Origin: an uncultured Pelagibacteraceae bacterium
GTDB taxonomy: Bacteria > Pseudomonadota > Alphaproteobacteria > Pelagibacterales > Pelagibacteraceae
Direction of reading: 5' to 3'
NCBI GenBank assembly: GCA_902612235.1
Contig: CACMCJ010000004.1
Location: 5,314 to 69,313, forward strand
DNA: 64,000 nt
The notes beneath the pieces were generated by a model, which did not search any database, had not been told where the DNA came from, and saw nothing but the letters and a program-made list of their open reading frames with translations. Positions 10,515 to 21,881 of this stretch are shown here, piece after piece. The stretch's first letter is position 1. Each line of letters opens with the position of its first letter. The position numbers were made by a program, and so were the translations under genes.

Positions 10515-12659
10515 ATGAAATATATAAAAAAAAACGACCTTCAAATAAATTCTACTTTGTATGAATTTATAAATAATGAGGTTTTGCCTGGAACAAATTT
10601 GCAATCTGAAACTTTTTGGAGCAAGTTTGCACAGGCTGTTCATGAATTAGCACCAAAAAATAAAGCTCTTATAGAAAAAAGGGAACAGATTCAAAAAAAA
10701 ATAGATGAATGGCATAAAGAAAATTTTAATAAAGAATTTGATAAAAAAGATTATAAAAAGTTTTTAAAATCAATTTCATACATAGTCGAAGAAAAAGGTG
10801 ATTTTGAAATATCTACTAATAACGTAGATGAAGAAATTGCAAAAATAGCAGGACCTCAGTTAGTGGTTCCGGTAGATAACGCTAGATATGCTTTAAACGC
10901 GGCTAATGCAAGGTGGGGAAGTTTATATGATGCTTTATATGGAACTGATGTAATCTCTGAGAACCAGAGTAAAAAGTTAGATAAACAGCGAGCTAATAAA
11001 GTAATTTCCTATGTAAGAAAATTATTAGATGAAATTTTTCCTTTAGAGAGTGGAAGTTGGGAAGAAATTTCTAAACTTCAAGTAGACTCAAATAATTTAG
11101 CATTGTTCATAAATGACAAAAAAACTTTTTTAAAAGAAAGAGACAAATTTATTGGGTATAATGGTGAAAAAAATGAACCTAGTTCAATATTATTAAAAAA
11201 TAATAATCTACACTTCGATATTATCATTGATTCTGAAAGTACAATTGGAAAAGACGATAAAGCAAACATATCTGACTTCATTATAGAATCTGCTTTATCT
11301 ACAATCATAGATAATGAAGACTCTGTTGCTGCTGTAGACGCTGAAGATAAAGTAAAATGTTACAGAAACTGGTTAGGATTAATGAAAGCTGACCTAAAAG
11401 CAGATTTAGAAAAAAATGGAAAAAAAATTACTAGAAAACTAAATCCAGATAGAAATTATATCGCCAAGGATGGTAAAGAAATAAAACTTCATGGAAGGGC
11501 TTTGTTATTAAATAGAAATGTAGGGCATTTGATGACCAATTCCTCAATAAAATTAAAAGACGGAGATGAAATACCAGAAGGAATATTAGATGCTTTTGTC
11601 TCTACTTTATGCGCGCTTCACGATTTTAAAAATAAAAATAATTCAAGAAAAAATTCTTTTTATATTGTTAAACCAAAAATGCACGGACCTGAAGAAGTTG
11701 CTTTTACAAATAATTTATTTGAAAAAGTTGAACAAGTTTTAAATATCGAAAAATTCTCAATAAAAGTAGGTATAATGGATGAAGAACGAAGAACTACTGT
11801 TAATTTAAAAGAATGTATTAGAGAAGTAAAAGAAAGAATAGTTTTTATAAACACAGGTTTTTTAGATAGAACTGGAGATGAAATGCATACCTCATTTGAG
11901 TCGGGCCCCATGATCTTTAAAGGTGAAATGAAAAAATCAACTTGGCTCAATACCTATGAAAATTGGAACGTTGATGTAGGTTTAAGTTGTGGGTTTTCTG
12001 GAAAAGCTCAAATTGGAAAAGGAATGTGGGCTATGCCTGATAAAATGGGTGAAATGATGAAACAAAAAATTTCTCATCCCAAATCTGGAGCTAATTGTGC
12101 ATGGGTTCCTTCTCCAACAGCAGCAACATTACACGCAATTCATTATCATAAAATAAATGTTTTTAAAGAACAGGAAAAAATAAAAAAAAGGCAAAAAGCA
12201 AAGTTGGATGATATTTTGGAAATACCAAAAGCTGATAGACCAAACTGGCCCGTTGATGATATAAATCGTGAACTAGAAAATAATGCTCAAGGAATTTTAG
12301 GATATGTTGTAAGATGGATTGATCAAGGTGTTGGTTGCTCAAAAGTCCCAGATATTAATAACATAGGTTTAATGGAAGATAGAGCAACTTTAAGAATCTC
12401 TAGTCAACATATAGCAAATTGGCTGCACCACAAAATATGTACTGAAAAGCAAGTCATAACGGTAATGAAAAAAATGGCAGCTATAGTGGATAAACAAAAT
12501 GAAAAAGATCCTAAATATAAAAAAATGTCCAATAATTTTGAAAAATCTATAGCTTTTTCAGCAGCTTGTGATTTGGTATTTAAAGGAAGAATTCAACCGT
12601 CTGGTTATACAGAGCCTCTTTTGCACCAAAAAAGAATTGAAAAAAAATTATCACTTTAG
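10515..12659 (+). CDS. glcB: Malate synthase G
   Basis: [58 protein letters not shown]. Confidence 0.98.
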   Translation: MKYIKKNDLQINSTLYEFINNEVLPGTNLQSETFWSKFAQAVHELAPKNKALIEKREQIQKKIDEWHKENFNKEFDKKDYKKFLKSISYIVEEKGDFEISTNNVDEEIAKIAGPQLVVPVDNARYALNAANARWGSLYDALYGTDVISENQSKKLDKQRANKVISYVRKLLDEIFPLESGSWEEISKLQVDSNNLALFINDKKTFLKERDKFIGYNGEKNEPSSILLKNNNLHFDIIIDSESTIGKDDKANISDFIIESALSTIIDNEDSVAAVDAEDKVKCYRNWLGLMKADLKADLEKNGKKITRKLNPDRNYIAKDGKEIKLHGRALLLNRNVGHLMTNSSIKLKDGDEIPEGILDAFVSTLCALHDFKNKNNSRKNSFYIVKPKMHGPEEVAFTNNLFEKVEQVLNIEKFSIKVGIMDEERRTTVNLKECIREVKERIVFINTGFLDRTGDEMHTSFESGPMIFKGEMKKSTWLNTYENWNVDVGLSCGFSGKAQIGKGMWAMPDKMGEMMKQKISHPKSGANCAWVPSPTAATLHAIHYHKINVFKEQEKIKKRQKAKLDDILEIPKADRPNWPVDDINRELENNAQGILGYVVRWIDQGVGCSKVPDINNIGLMEDRATLRISSQHIANWLHHKICTEKQVITVMKKMAAIVDKQNEKDPKYKKMSNNFEKSIAFSAACDLVFKGRIQPSGYTEPLLHQKRIEKKLSL

Positions 12660-13261
12660 CCGTCTGATACGGGAACTCGATTCTTAAAAGCTGAAAACAA
12701 AGTACCATCATCCAACTGCTCTATTTCACCACCTACAGGGAGTCCTTGAGCTAATTTTGTAATCTTAATTTTATTGTTGTTAATAGTGTCCTCGATATAG
12801 TGAGCGGTCGTTTGCCCCTCAACCGTTGCACTAGTGGCTATAATAACCTCTTTTAAATTATTTTTTTTTATTCTTTTAAGAAGAGAGTCAATTAATAAAT
12901 TTTTTTGTTCATAGTTTTCACTTGAATTCAAAGTACCACCCAAGATATGATAATGCCCTTTATATATATTTGCAGACTCTATAACCCACATATCTGCTAA
13001 ACTCTCAACAACACAAATTTTATCGTAAGAATTATCATTTGAACAAATACAAACTTTATCAATTATTTTTAAATTTCCACAATCCGAACAACGAACTACA
13101 TTTTTGTAAACTTGAGCCAAAGATTTAGCTAAGGGTTTCACCATGTTTTCTTTATTGTTAATTAGTTTTAAAATAATCCTCTTAGCTGACTTTGGGCCTA
13201 AACCAGGTAGTTTTGAAAATTGCTTTATAAGCTCATTTATATCTGGGATATTATTATCCAT
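12656..13261 (-). CDS. recR: Recombination mediator RecR
   Basis: [11 protein letters not shown], Cys cluster, [19 protein letters not shown]; dnaX-ybaB-recR order. Confidence 0.95.
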   Translation of the reverse strand: MDNNIPDINELIKQFSKLPGLGPKSAKRIILKLINNKENMVKPLAKSLAQVYKNVVRCSDCGNLKIIDKVCICSNDNSYDKICVVESLADMWVIESANIYKGHYHILGGTLNSSENYEQKNLLIDSLLKRIKKNNLKEVIIATSATVEGQTTAHYIEDTINNNKIKITKLAQGLPVGGEIEQLDDGTLFSAFKNRVPVSDG

Positions 13262-13581
13262 TAAAAAGGCAGTTTAAAATCAGAGGGTAAGTTTAGACCA
13301 CCTGTAACTTTTGATAGTTCCTCTGCAGATTTTTTTTTTAAATTTTCTTTTGCATTATTATAAGCAGCTATTATTAGGTCATGAATAATTTCTTGTTCCT
13401 CTTTTTTTGCAGCATCACTTAGTATGATTGACTTTAACTCGTAATCTCCAGTTAAAATAACTTTTACTAAATTACCTCCAGATTTTCCTTCAACTTCTAT
13501 CTTTTTTATATTTTCTTGAGCTTCTTTCATCTTATCCTGCATAGCTTTAGCTTTTGATAACATATCTGAAAAATTAGTCAT
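13261..13581 (-). CDS. ybaB: YbaB/EbfC nucleoid-associated protein
   Basis: EGKSGGNLVKV, DLIIAAYN; between dnaX and recR. Confidence 0.92.
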   Translation of the reverse strand: MTNFSDMLSKAKAMQDKMKEAQENIKKIEVEGKSGGNLVKVILTGDYELKSIILSDAAKKEEQEIIHDLIIAAYNNAKENLKKKSAEELSKVTGGLNLPSDFKLPF

Positions 13582-15259
13582 TATTGTCCTCTACAAGTTT
13601 AGAAAGTTTTGCGTCAGGAAAGGCTTTTTGTATTTTTTCAGATATTTTACTTTTCTTAAAATCCATTAACTCAATTGATTTTTGTTGATTATTTAATTCG
13701 TAAATACTCTTTGCGTCGTTGTTTTTACTTAAAGAAATGATCCATCTTTCTCCTGTCCAGAGTAATAATTTTTCGGTCAAATTTTTAATAAAATTTTTAT
13801 TTAATTTTTCATTAAAGCTAATATCAATTTTACCTTTGTTGAAACTTACTAACTTTACATTTCTTTCTAAATCATACTTTAGTTCTATTTCTTTCTCTTT
13901 GTTGGCTATAGTAATTAAATCTTGAAAACTTGTAATCTCGATCTTACTTCCTTTATTTTGAGAAGAAAGATTTTTTATTGGACTAGATTTTATTTGCTCG
14001 GTGTTCTTAAGTTGATTTTTAATTTGAGTAGAAACATTATTTTCAATTTTTTTTTCCTCAATTTTTTCTCCTATTAAATTATCTTTTAAATTTTCAGTTG
14101 AAACATTTTGATTATTCTCTAAAGTTTCTCTTGGCATGCCAATTGATTTTAGATGAGTAAGTTGCATCACATACATTTCTAAAATTAAATTTTCATTGCC
14201 AATTATTCTTAGATCATCTAATGTTTTCATCGTTAATTGCCAGAATAATCCAATATCTTGTATATCAATATTTTTTGAATAAGTTTCAATCATTTGTTCT
14301 TCAGACTCAGATACAGAAAAATCTTTTTCAATGGATCCCAAGCTAATTCGTCTACTAAATAGGTATAATACTTCTAAAATATCATTTAAAAAAATTTTGG
14401 CATCTACACCATCATTTATTAGTTCTTTTAGATGTTTAATTGCATCTTTTTCATTACCGTTTAAAACTTCTTTAAATAAAAATAAGATCTTACTACGATC
14501 AGCTAAGCCTAACATTTTCCTTACATCATCTTCCTCAACGTTGCCGCTCTTGCTTATTGATTGAGATATAAGTGAACGATCTAGAAGAGAAACAGCATCT
14601 CTAACGGATCCTTCAGACGTTCTGGCAATTAATCTTATTGCTTTATCCGATATTTTACCGTTTTCCTTTGAACAAATGTTTTTTAAGTGAGCGCTTAATT
14701 TTTCAATCTCTACTCTTTTAAGGTCAAATCTTTGGCATCTTGATAAAATAGTGACTGGAATTTTTCTTACTTCAGTTGTAGCTAAAATAAATTTTAATCT
14801 TGATGGTGGCTCCTCTAATGTTTTCAATAAACCATTAAAAGCTTGTTTGGATAGCATATGAACTTCATCAATAATAAATATTTTATATTGTGCGCTTGTA
14901 GGACTATATTTTGAGTTTTCAATTATTTCTCTTATATCATCTATCCCAGTCTTTGATGCTGCGTCCATTTCAAGAATATCTATATGTCTTGAATGTATTA
15001 TTTCTTCACAAGTCTTACAAAAATTTTCACTTGAACATTTGACATTCTCATCGCTGTTTTTTTCACAGTTTAAAGCTTTAGCTATAAGTCTAGCCGTGGT
15101 AGTTTTTCCAACTCCTCTTATTCCAGTAAGAAGATAGGCATTAGGTGTCTTGCCCAATTTAATAGCATTGGTTATTGTTTGGGACATTAATTCTTGACCA
15201 ATCAGATCTTTGAAATCTTGTGGCCTATATTTTAAAGCTAAGATTTTATTTTTTTTCAT
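13574..15259 (-). CDS. dnaX: DNA polymerase III subunit gamma/tau
   Basis: LKYRPQ, GIRGVGKTT, IIDEVHML, TILSRC. Confidence 0.97.
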   Translation of the reverse strand: MKKNKILALKYRPQDFKDLIGQELMSQTITNAIKLGKTPNAYLLTGIRGVGKTTTARLIAKALNCEKNSDENVKCSSENFCKTCEEIIHSRHIDILEMDAASKTGIDDIREIIENSKYSPTSAQYKIFIIDEVHMLSKQAFNGLLKTLEEPPSRLKFILATTEVRKIPVTILSRCQRFDLKRVEIEKLSAHLKNICSKENGKISDKAIRLIARTSEGSVRDAVSLLDRSLISQSISKSGNVEEDDVRKMLGLADRSKILFLFKEVLNGNEKDAIKHLKELINDGVDAKIFLNDILEVLYLFSRRISLGSIEKDFSVSESEEQMIETYSKNIDIQDIGLFWQLTMKTLDDLRIIGNENLILEMYVMQLTHLKSIGMPRETLENNQNVSTENLKDNLIGEKIEEKKIENNVSTQIKNQLKNTEQIKSSPIKNLSSQNKGSKIEITSFQDLITIANKEKEIELKYDLERNVKLVSFNKGKIDISFNEKLNKNFIKNLTEKLLLWTGERWIISLSKNNDAKSIYELNNQQKSIELMDFKKSKISEKIQKAFPDAKLSKLVEDNND

Positions 15260-15261
15260 TT

Positions 15262-15356
15262 TAAGAGGCAGGCAACAACCTGAATAGTTTTCACTACGGC
15301 TGCTTCTTTTCAGACCTGACCGGGTTTATGAAACATCCACCTGATGCCAACCTCAA
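15262..15356 (-). ncRNA. ffs: Signal recognition particle (4.5S) RNA
   Basis: GTCAGGTCT-GAAA-AGAAGCAGC helix-8 core inside a long GAGG...CCTC stem; conserved position upstream of dnaX; ends approximate. Confidence 0.9.
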
Positions 15357-15412
15357 TAGGAGTATATCAAGATCAAATTAAATACTACAAGACTAGAAAT
15401 AAATTTTGTGGA

Positions 15413-16255
15413 CTATTTTTGCCTAAATGTAGAGGCCTCGTATACCCCCAGAATATCTAGGCTTTCGGTATGAAAACCAAGTTCCTCCATAGCATTTTGC
15501 ACTAATTTGTCATCTAAATGTCCCTCGAAATCCAAATAAAAGTTAGTCTGAGCAAAAGTATTTTTAACTGAAAAACTTTCAAGCTTTGTCATATTAATTT
15601 GATTAGTGGCAAATCCCCCTAAAGATTTATAAAGAGCTGAAGGTTTGCTTTTTAACCTAAATATACACGTTGTAATATATTTTTTATTTTTATGATAATC
15701 AGGTTGTTGAACATTTTTACCCAATATTAAAAATCTGGTTACATTCCCTTTTTCATCTTCTATATTTTCTCTCAAAATTTTAAGCTTATAGATGTCTGCT
15801 GATAGTTTTGAAGCTATAGCTGCTACTGATTTATCTTTACTTTCAGCTAATTCTTTTGCTGATCCTGCTGTATCAGCTGAAATAATAGTCTTATATTTAT
15901 TATCAGTAATTATTTTTTGACATTGACCTATTGCTTGAGCGTGGCTTCTTACAAACTTTATATCTTTCATTTCAGCCTCTGGTCTAGCAATTAAATTATG
16001 TTCAACTTTTTGAAAGTGTTCACCATGAATTTGTAATTTATATTTTGGAAGCAAATAATGTATATCTGCTACTCTGCCAGCTAATGAATTTTCAAGGGGT
16101 ATAAGAATTTTGTAAGTTTCATCATCATAAGCTATTTTGAAAGTTTCCTCAAAAGTTGAACAAGTTTTAATTTCAACATCTTTAAAAATTTCATTTATTG
16201 CGATATGTGAGTATGCTCCTAATTCTCCTTGAAATGCTATTTTATTTTTTTTCAT
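15413..16255 (-). CDS. pheA: Prephenate dehydratase
   Basis: AFQGELGAYS, PLENS, SHAQAIGQC, NVTRF, ACT domain MTKLES. Confidence 0.93.
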   Translation of the reverse strand: MKKNKIAFQGELGAYSHIAINEIFKDVEIKTCSTFEETFKIAYDDETYKILIPLENSLAGRVADIHYLLPKYKLQIHGEHFQKVEHNLIARPEAEMKDIKFVRSHAQAIGQCQKIITDNKYKTIISADTAGSAKELAESKDKSVAAIASKLSADIYKLKILRENIEDEKGNVTRFLILGKNVQQPDYHKNKKYITTCIFRLKSKPSALYKSLGGFATNQINMTKLESFSVKNTFAQTNFYLDFEGHLDDKLVQNAMEELGFHTESLDILGVYEASTFRQK

Positions 16256-16979
16256 TTTCTATTAGTTGTTTAATTTTGATTAAATCGTCCTCAGTGTCTA
16301 CACTTAATGGAGGTGATTTTATATAGCCTACGTGAATACTCATTCCATTTTCAAGTGCTCTTAATTGCTCAAGTTTTCTCTCTAATTCAAGTTTTGATCT
16401 TTTTAATTTTACATATCTCAATAATGAATCATTTGTAAAGCCATAAATTCCTATGTGGTGGTAAACATTTTTTTTAAGGGATTTGTCAATTCTAAAAAAA
16501 TCTAAAGCATTCTTAAATTTACCTGAAAAATCTTCACTAATTGTTACCTTTACAACATTTGGGTTTTCATAATCAGTCTCAGGATTTAAATCACTAGCAA
16601 GTGTAGCAATATCGCATTTATCTTTACTCATATATTCTGCAAGTCCTGCAATAGCGTCCGAACTAATATTAGGCATATCTCCTTGAAGATTAATAATTGT
16701 CTCTGGTTTTTCTTTTAATGAATTGCTAAAAACTTCAAATATTCTATCTGTTCCAGTTTTGTGACTATCGCTTGTTATAATTGCTTTTCCTCCGATTTTA
16801 TTAATTGTTTCAATTATCTTTTCATCAGGAGTAGCAACAAATACTTCCCCAACATTGGATTTTACGGCTGCTTCGTAAACGTGAACAATCATTTCCTTAT
16901 TGTTTATTAACTTTAAAGGTTTGTTGGGTAACCTTTGTGCTGATAGTCTCGAAGGGATTATAATTGCGGTGTTATTCAT
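16242..16979 (-). CDS. kdsB: CMP-Kdo synthetase
   Basis: IIPSR..AQRLPNKPL, TGTDR, NLQGD, HIGIY, LEQLRAL. Confidence 0.95.
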   Translation of the reverse strand: MNNTAIIIPSRLSAQRLPNKPLKLINNKEMIVHVYEAAVKSNVGEVFVATPDEKIIETINKIGGKAIITSDSHKTGTDRIFEVFSNSLKEKPETIINLQGDMPNISSDAIAGLAEYMSKDKCDIATLASDLNPETDYENPNVVKVTISEDFSGKFKNALDFFRIDKSLKKNVYHHIGIYGFTNDSLLRYVKLKRSKLELERKLEQLRALENGMSIHVGYIKSPPLSVDTEDDLIKIKQLIENEKK

Positions 16980-17073
16980 AAATTAAATGCGTCTCAAAGA
17001 CGCAAAATAGTTGTTTTATTTTAAGTTTTTTTTCAAATAGTCGTGTTATACGTTAATAATACTTATCAAAATT

Positions 17074-17619
17074 ATGGATAGTTTTGAAATAAATAAAATA
17101 ATAGCTGCAATCCTATTAACCGCTTTAATAGTAATTGGAATTGGGAAATTTGCTGACGTTTTATTTCATGTCGAAAAACCAAAAGAATCGGCGTACCAGA
17201 TTGAAGGTTTAGAAATTGTATCTAACGAAAAGAAATCAGATAATAATGTTAAAGAAATTGCACAAGTAGATATTGCTCAGCTTCTTTCTTTAGGAGACTT
17301 AGCTCATGGTGAAAAAGTTTTTAAAAAATGTAGTGCATGCCACATGATTGCTAGCGACGGTAAGAATATGATTGGTCCTAATTTATGGGGAGTAATCGGA
17401 AGAACAGCGGGTTCTATTTCAGATTATAAATACTCTAAAGCTATGGTTGCTTACGGTAAAGAATGGTCATTTGAGGAAATGAATTCTTATTTAATTAAAC
17501 CTCAGGCGTATATAAAAGGGACTAAAATGGCATTTGCTGGATTGAGGAAAGAAAAAGATAGAGCATCTGTAATATTGTACATGAACTCTAAAAGCGCTAC
17601 CCCAAAGCCTTTACCTTAA
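17074..17619 (+). CDS. cycM: Membrane-anchored cytochrome c (CycM/c2-like)
   Basis: N-terminal TM segment, CSACH heme motif, GPNLWG, GTKMAF. Confidence 0.88.
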   Translation: MDSFEINKIIAAILLTALIVIGIGKFADVLFHVEKPKESAYQIEGLEIVSNEKKSDNNVKEIAQVDIAQLLSLGDLAHGEKVFKKCSACHMIASDGKNMIGPNLWGVIGRTAGSISDYKYSKAMVAYGKEWSFEEMNSYLIKPQAYIKGTKMAFAGLRKEKDRASVILYMNSKSATPKPLP

Positions 17620-18542
17620 CTTAAACACCAAATAATAATACTTTTCTGAATATGAACTCTATTGAGAGCCTGTCTCCAAACAACTGATTGTTTTCCATCA
17701 ATTACTTCATCGGTCACTTCTTCTCCTCTGCCAACAGGTAAGCAATGCATAAAGATTGCGTCAGGATTAGCTTTACTCATTAATTTTTTATTTACCTGAT
17801 ATGGTTTCAAAATTTTTTTCTTCTGTTTTTTATTAACTTTGTCATTCATTGAAACCCATTTATCCGTCATAATACAATCTGAATTTTTTACTGCTTCTAA
17901 AGGTTTAGCTGTAATGGTTAAATTGACTTTATTTTTTTTTGCCCAATTTAATATCTTTTTATCAGGAGAGTATTTTTTAGGACATCCAATTTTAAGGTTA
18001 AAGTTAAATTTTCCAGCAGCCTCAATTAAAGAATTAGACATATTGTTATTTCCATCACCAATCCATGAAATAGTTTTTCCAGTAATAACACCTTTACTTT
18101 CCTCAAAAGTAAATACGTCCGACATTATTTGACAAGGGTGGCTCATATCTGACAAACCATTTATGACTGGGATCTTTAAATGTATTCCAAACTCTTCTAG
18201 ATTTTTGTGAGATGAGGTTCTAAGCATTACAATATCTACATACTCGGTTAAAACTTTTGCAGTATCTTTTAAAGTTTCATCACCTTTACCGTAATGAATA
18301 CTCTCGGGATTTAAGATTATTGAAGACCCTCCTAATTGTTTCACAGCAATATCGAATGACATCCTCGTTCTTGTAGAAGGTTTTTCAAAAATCATAGCCA
18401 TTGATTTACCTTCAAAAGGCTTATCTTCATCTGAAGCAGATTTATTTAATTCAAGTCTTCTTTGCTTTCTGTTTTTTGCCTCATCTATAATTGCTCTAAG
18501 TTCTTTTGAGGAACAATCAGAAATGTTAATAAAATTTCTCAT
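17616..18542 (-). CDS. argF: Ornithine carbamoyltransferase
   Basis: FEKPSTRT, HPCQ, WVSM, HCLP. Confidence 0.96.
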   Translation of the reverse strand: MRNFINISDCSSKELRAIIDEAKNRKQRRLELNKSASDEDKPFEGKSMAMIFEKPSTRTRMSFDIAVKQLGGSSIILNPESIHYGKGDETLKDTAKVLTEYVDIVMLRTSSHKNLEEFGIHLKIPVINGLSDMSHPCQIMSDVFTFEESKGVITGKTISWIGDGNNNMSNSLIEAAGKFNFNLKIGCPKKYSPDKKILNWAKKNKVNLTITAKPLEAVKNSDCIMTDKWVSMNDKVNKKQKKKILKPYQVNKKLMSKANPDAIFMHCLPVGRGEEVTDEVIDGKQSVVWRQALNRVHIQKSIIIWCLS

Positions 18543-19705
18543 TTATAATTTTTACAAACTTTCTTTATTATTTTTAATCCTAAATTTATTTCTTTCTTTG
18601 TTACATTTAAAGGAGGCAAAAGTCTGACTACATTTTCAGCACCTCTAACTGTCAGCAAATTATTATTTAAAAGATTTTCAATAAACTTAATGTGATCGAC
18701 GTATAAGCACAAACCTATTAATAAACCTTTTCCTCTTACTTCTTTAATAATTTTTGGATATTCATTTTTTATTTTTCTTAATTCTTGAATAAAATATTTA
18801 CCATTTTTACTTACATTGCTCAGAAAACCTTTTTTAAACATTATATCCATAACTGCGTTACCGGCACTCATAGCTAATGGGTTGCCACCAAATGTTGAGC
18901 CGTGTGTTCCTGGTTTCATACCCGACGCAGCTTTGCTATTTACTAGAACTGCACCGATAGGAAAACCACCACCTATCCCCTTTGCTATAGGAACAATGTC
19001 AGGTTTTATTTTAGCATGCTCAAAAGCGAAAAATTTTCCACTCCTTCCAATCCCGCATTGAACTTCATCGAGGATAAGCAAAATTTTTTTCTTATTGCAT
19101 AATTTTCTTAATCCCTTCAAACAATAATCTGGGATAACTTTTATGCCACCTTCTCCCATTATAGTTTCGATCATTATTGCTGCAGTTCTACTCGTTATTG
19201 CTTTTTCTAAACCTTTGTGATCTCCGAAATTAAAATGGTCAAAACCATCAGCTTTTGGATAAAAACCTTCTGTCATTTTTTTGCTATTGCTAGCGAATAT
19301 TGTGGCTATGGTTCTGCCATGAAAACTATTATTAATACATAAAATTCTATTTTTTCTTGGTTGTCCTTTTGAATAAAAATATCTTCTTGCAATTTTTATA
19401 GCTGTTTCAGTAGCCTCAGCACCAGAATTTTGAAATGTTACATAATCTGCAAATGATTTTTGTTTTAATCTCTTTGCTAGTCTTTCTTGTTCGGGGATAG
19501 TAAAAACATTTGAAACATGCCATAACTTTTTTGACTGCTTTTGAATTGCTTTATTTAAATAATTATTTGAATGCCCTAAACAATTCACAGCAATACCCTG
19601 TACAAAATCTAAATATTTTTTTCCTTTTGTTGAAAATAGGAAACTACCCTTACCTTTTTTAAAAGAAATTTTTTTTCTATTATAAGTTTTTAATATTGCA
19701 CTCAT
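18539..19705 (-). CDS. argD: Acetylornithine aminotransferase
   Basis: NSGAEA, FHGRT, DEVQCGIGR, AKGIGGG, HGSTFGGNPL. Confidence 0.94.
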   Translation of the reverse strand: MSAILKTYNRKKISFKKGKGSFLFSTKGKKYLDFVQGIAVNCLGHSNNYLNKAIQKQSKKLWHVSNVFTIPEQERLAKRLKQKSFADYVTFQNSGAEATETAIKIARRYFYSKGQPRKNRILCINNSFHGRTIATIFASNSKKMTEGFYPKADGFDHFNFGDHKGLEKAITSRTAAIMIETIMGEGGIKVIPDYCLKGLRKLCNKKKILLILDEVQCGIGRSGKFFAFEHAKIKPDIVPIAKGIGGGFPIGAVLVNSKAASGMKPGTHGSTFGGNPLAMSAGNAVMDIMFKKGFLSNVSKNGKYFIQELRKIKNEYPKIIKEVRGKGLLIGLCLYVDHIKFIENLLNNNLLTVRGAENVVRLLPPLNVTKKEINLGLKIIKKVCKNYK

Positions 19706-20518
19706 CTATGATTTAATTTTATACCCTTTTTTGAATAAAATGTAAGTGATTAACCAGCTTAATAAACTTAGAATTGATAAATAAATTATCCCAAACTTTA
19801 TTGATCCATCTGCGTTTCCTATGAAACAATATCTAAATCCATCAATCATATAAAAAAAAGGGTTTAATTCACTAATCGTTGTAAGAAAATTAGGTAAACT
19901 ATCGATCGTATAAAATGTGCCTGATAAAAAAGACAAAGGTATGATTACGAAATTCGTTACTGTTGCCATATGGTCAAATTTTTCTGCCCATAAGCCTGCG
20001 ATAATACCAATATTTCCTAATATAAAAGATGATAAAAAAGTAAAAAGAATTAATAGAAAAAAGTATTTTATTTTAATATCAATTATTAAGTAAAAAACTA
20101 AGATTGATATAGCTGCAATCATAAAACTTCTAGTAACTGCTGCTAGGGAAACTGAAATCGTAATTTCAGTAGGAGAAAGAGGTGCATACAATAAATCAAC
20201 AATATTACCCTGAATTTTCCCGATCATAAATGATGAGGATGAATGAGAGAAAGATTGCTGGATCACTTGCATAGCGATTAACCCTGGAGCCAAAAACATA
20301 ACAAAGGGAACACCCAATACATCATCCCTTTGTGATCCGATAGCTAATGACAAGACTAATAAAAATAAAAGAGACGAAACTAAAGGAGAAAAAATTGTTT
20401 GAATCCATACAATTAGAAATCTCAAAACTTCTTTTTGATAGAGTGTCCAAGCCCCAATCCAATTGATTAATCCAAATCTTCTTTTACCAATTTTATATTT
20501 TTTTGTAATTTCAACCAT
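19706..20518 (-). CDS. ABC-2 type permease (YadH-like)
   Basis: Six TM segments, FLAPGLI, PLSFLSGTFY, NPFFYMIDGFR. Confidence 0.85.
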   Translation of the reverse strand: MVEITKKYKIGKRRFGLINWIGAWTLYQKEVLRFLIVWIQTIFSPLVSSLLFLLVLSLAIGSQRDDVLGVPFVMFLAPGLIAMQVIQQSFSHSSSSFMIGKIQGNIVDLLYAPLSPTEITISVSLAAVTRSFMIAAISILVFYLIIDIKIKYFFLLILFTFLSSFILGNIGIIAGLWAEKFDHMATVTNFVIIPLSFLSGTFYTIDSLPNFLTTISELNPFFYMIDGFRYCFIGNADGSIKFGIIYLSILSLLSWLITYILFKKGYKIKS

Positions 20519-20655
20519 TGATAGTTTTATAACCCCTTAATTAAAAAAGTTGTGTAAAACTAATTATATTAACAGCTTAAAATCGCTTTAATGTTTTAAA
20601 CTTCAACATAATGTTTTAGTCATTATAGAAATACTAAATATAGTAGGATTATACA

Positions 20656-21150
20656 ATGAGTTGGACTAGCGAAAAAGTTGAGAAACTTAAGAAACTTTGG
20701 GCTAAAGGCCATACAGCAAGTCAAATAGCGGAAATGCTTGGTGATACCACTCGAAATGCAGTAATTGGTAAAGCTCATAGGCTTAATTTAGAGGCAAGGG
20801 CGCCTAGTAAGCAATCAAGTTCACCAAAGTTAAAAAATAACATTCAATCAAAAAGAACTCCGGCACCTACGTCTAGAAAAGCAAGATTTCAATCAATTTT
20901 ACTTGATAAAAATTTTGAAGCAGAAAACCCCAAATCTTTAGAAGAGTTAACGGAAGAAACATGTAAATGGCCAATAGGTCATCCTAATGAGGAAAAATTT
21001 TACTTTTGTGGTCGAAAACCTGAAAGTGACTTTCCTTATTGTAAGCTGCACGTCTTATACGCGTTCCAACCAAAAAATCAGAAAGAGGATGATCTGGGAG
21101 AAGATATCCCTGAATTTATCGAGAAAAAAGTTAAAGCCTCTTCTGGTTAA
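20656..21150 (+). CDS. gcrA: Cell-cycle transcription factor GcrA
   Basis: MSWT.EKVEKLKKLW, TRNAVIGKAHRL, CKWPIGHP, FCG, YC..H. Confidence 0.95.
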   Translation: MSWTSEKVEKLKKLWAKGHTASQIAEMLGDTTRNAVIGKAHRLNLEARAPSKQSSSPKLKNNIQSKRTPAPTSRKARFQSILLDKNFEAENPKSLEELTEETCKWPIGHPNEEKFYFCGRKPESDFPYCKLHVLYAFQPKNQKEDDLGEDIPEFIEKKVKASSG

Positions 21151-21178
21151 CAAAACTTTAACATTACAATCATATAAT
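21145..21178 (+). promoter_or_regulatory. Putative Pho box plus -10 element (leaderless) for the small protein-arsC-aqp operon
   Basis: GGTTAAC-AAAA-CTTTAAC, 10 nt, TATAAT, 5 nt, ATG. Confidence 0.55.
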
Positions 21179-21183
21179 TGATT

Positions 21184-21411
21184 ATGAAGTTTATTAAAAA
21201 ATACCTTAAATGGTTAAGCACTTTTTTAGTTCTTACAGGTATTTTATTAACAAATTTGAATATGTATCCAGTAAATATAATGTTTCATGGAGCGGGAGTT
21301 GTTGGTTGGACTATTGCTGGTTTTATTTCTAAGGATAAAGCAATATTAACCAATTTTGGGTTACAGATTCCATTATTTATTATTGGTTTTTATCAAATTT
21401 TGGTTCCGTAA
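21184..21411 (+). CDS. Small membrane protein of unknown function (about 3 TM)
   Basis: 75 aa from ATG 21184; three hydrophobic segments, YP motif in the first loop. Confidence 0.75.
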   Translation: MKFIKKYLKWLSTFLVLTGILLTNLNMYPVNIMFHGAGVVGWTIAGFISKDKAILTNFGLQIPLFIIGFYQILVP

Positions 21412-21437
21412 GTTCGGGACACTTCAATAAATTTTTT

Positions 21438-21881
21438 ATGAGTAAAATAAAAACAATATTATTTGTTTGTACTGGAAACTCTGCGAGAAGCATAATAGCG
21501 GAAAGTATTGTAAACAATAATTTCCGAAATCAATTCATCGCATTTAGCGCTGGAAGTAATCCTTCAGGAAAAATCAATCCCTACATTAAAGAGTATCTTG
21601 AAGGAAAAAAATTTAATTTAGCCACGTATTATTCGAAAAATTTTGATGAATTTTTAAAAAATGATATTGATATTGATTACGTGATTACAGTTTGTAATAA
21701 CGCCAATAAAGAAGTTTGTCCTGTATGGCCCAAAAAAAAAACCATTACGCACTGGGACATCGCGGACCCTGTTGAAAAAATTAAAAAAACTAAAAATAAA
21801 GATAAAATAAATTTAATAGCTGAAGAAACTTATAATATAATTAATGAAAAAATTAAACATTGGGTAAAAAATGAAAATTAA
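21438..21881 (+). CDS. arsC: Arsenate reductase, LMW-PTPase/thioredoxin type
   Basis: FVCTGNSARS P-loop, SAGS, VC......VCPVWP resolving cysteines, HW..ADP. Confidence 0.9.
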   Translation: MSKIKTILFVCTGNSARSIIAESIVNNNFRNQFIAFSAGSNPSGKINPYIKEYLEGKKFNLATYYSKNFDEFLKNDIDIDYVITVCNNANKEVCPVWPKKKTITHWDIADPVEKIKKTKNKDKINLIAEETYNIINEKIKHWVKNEN

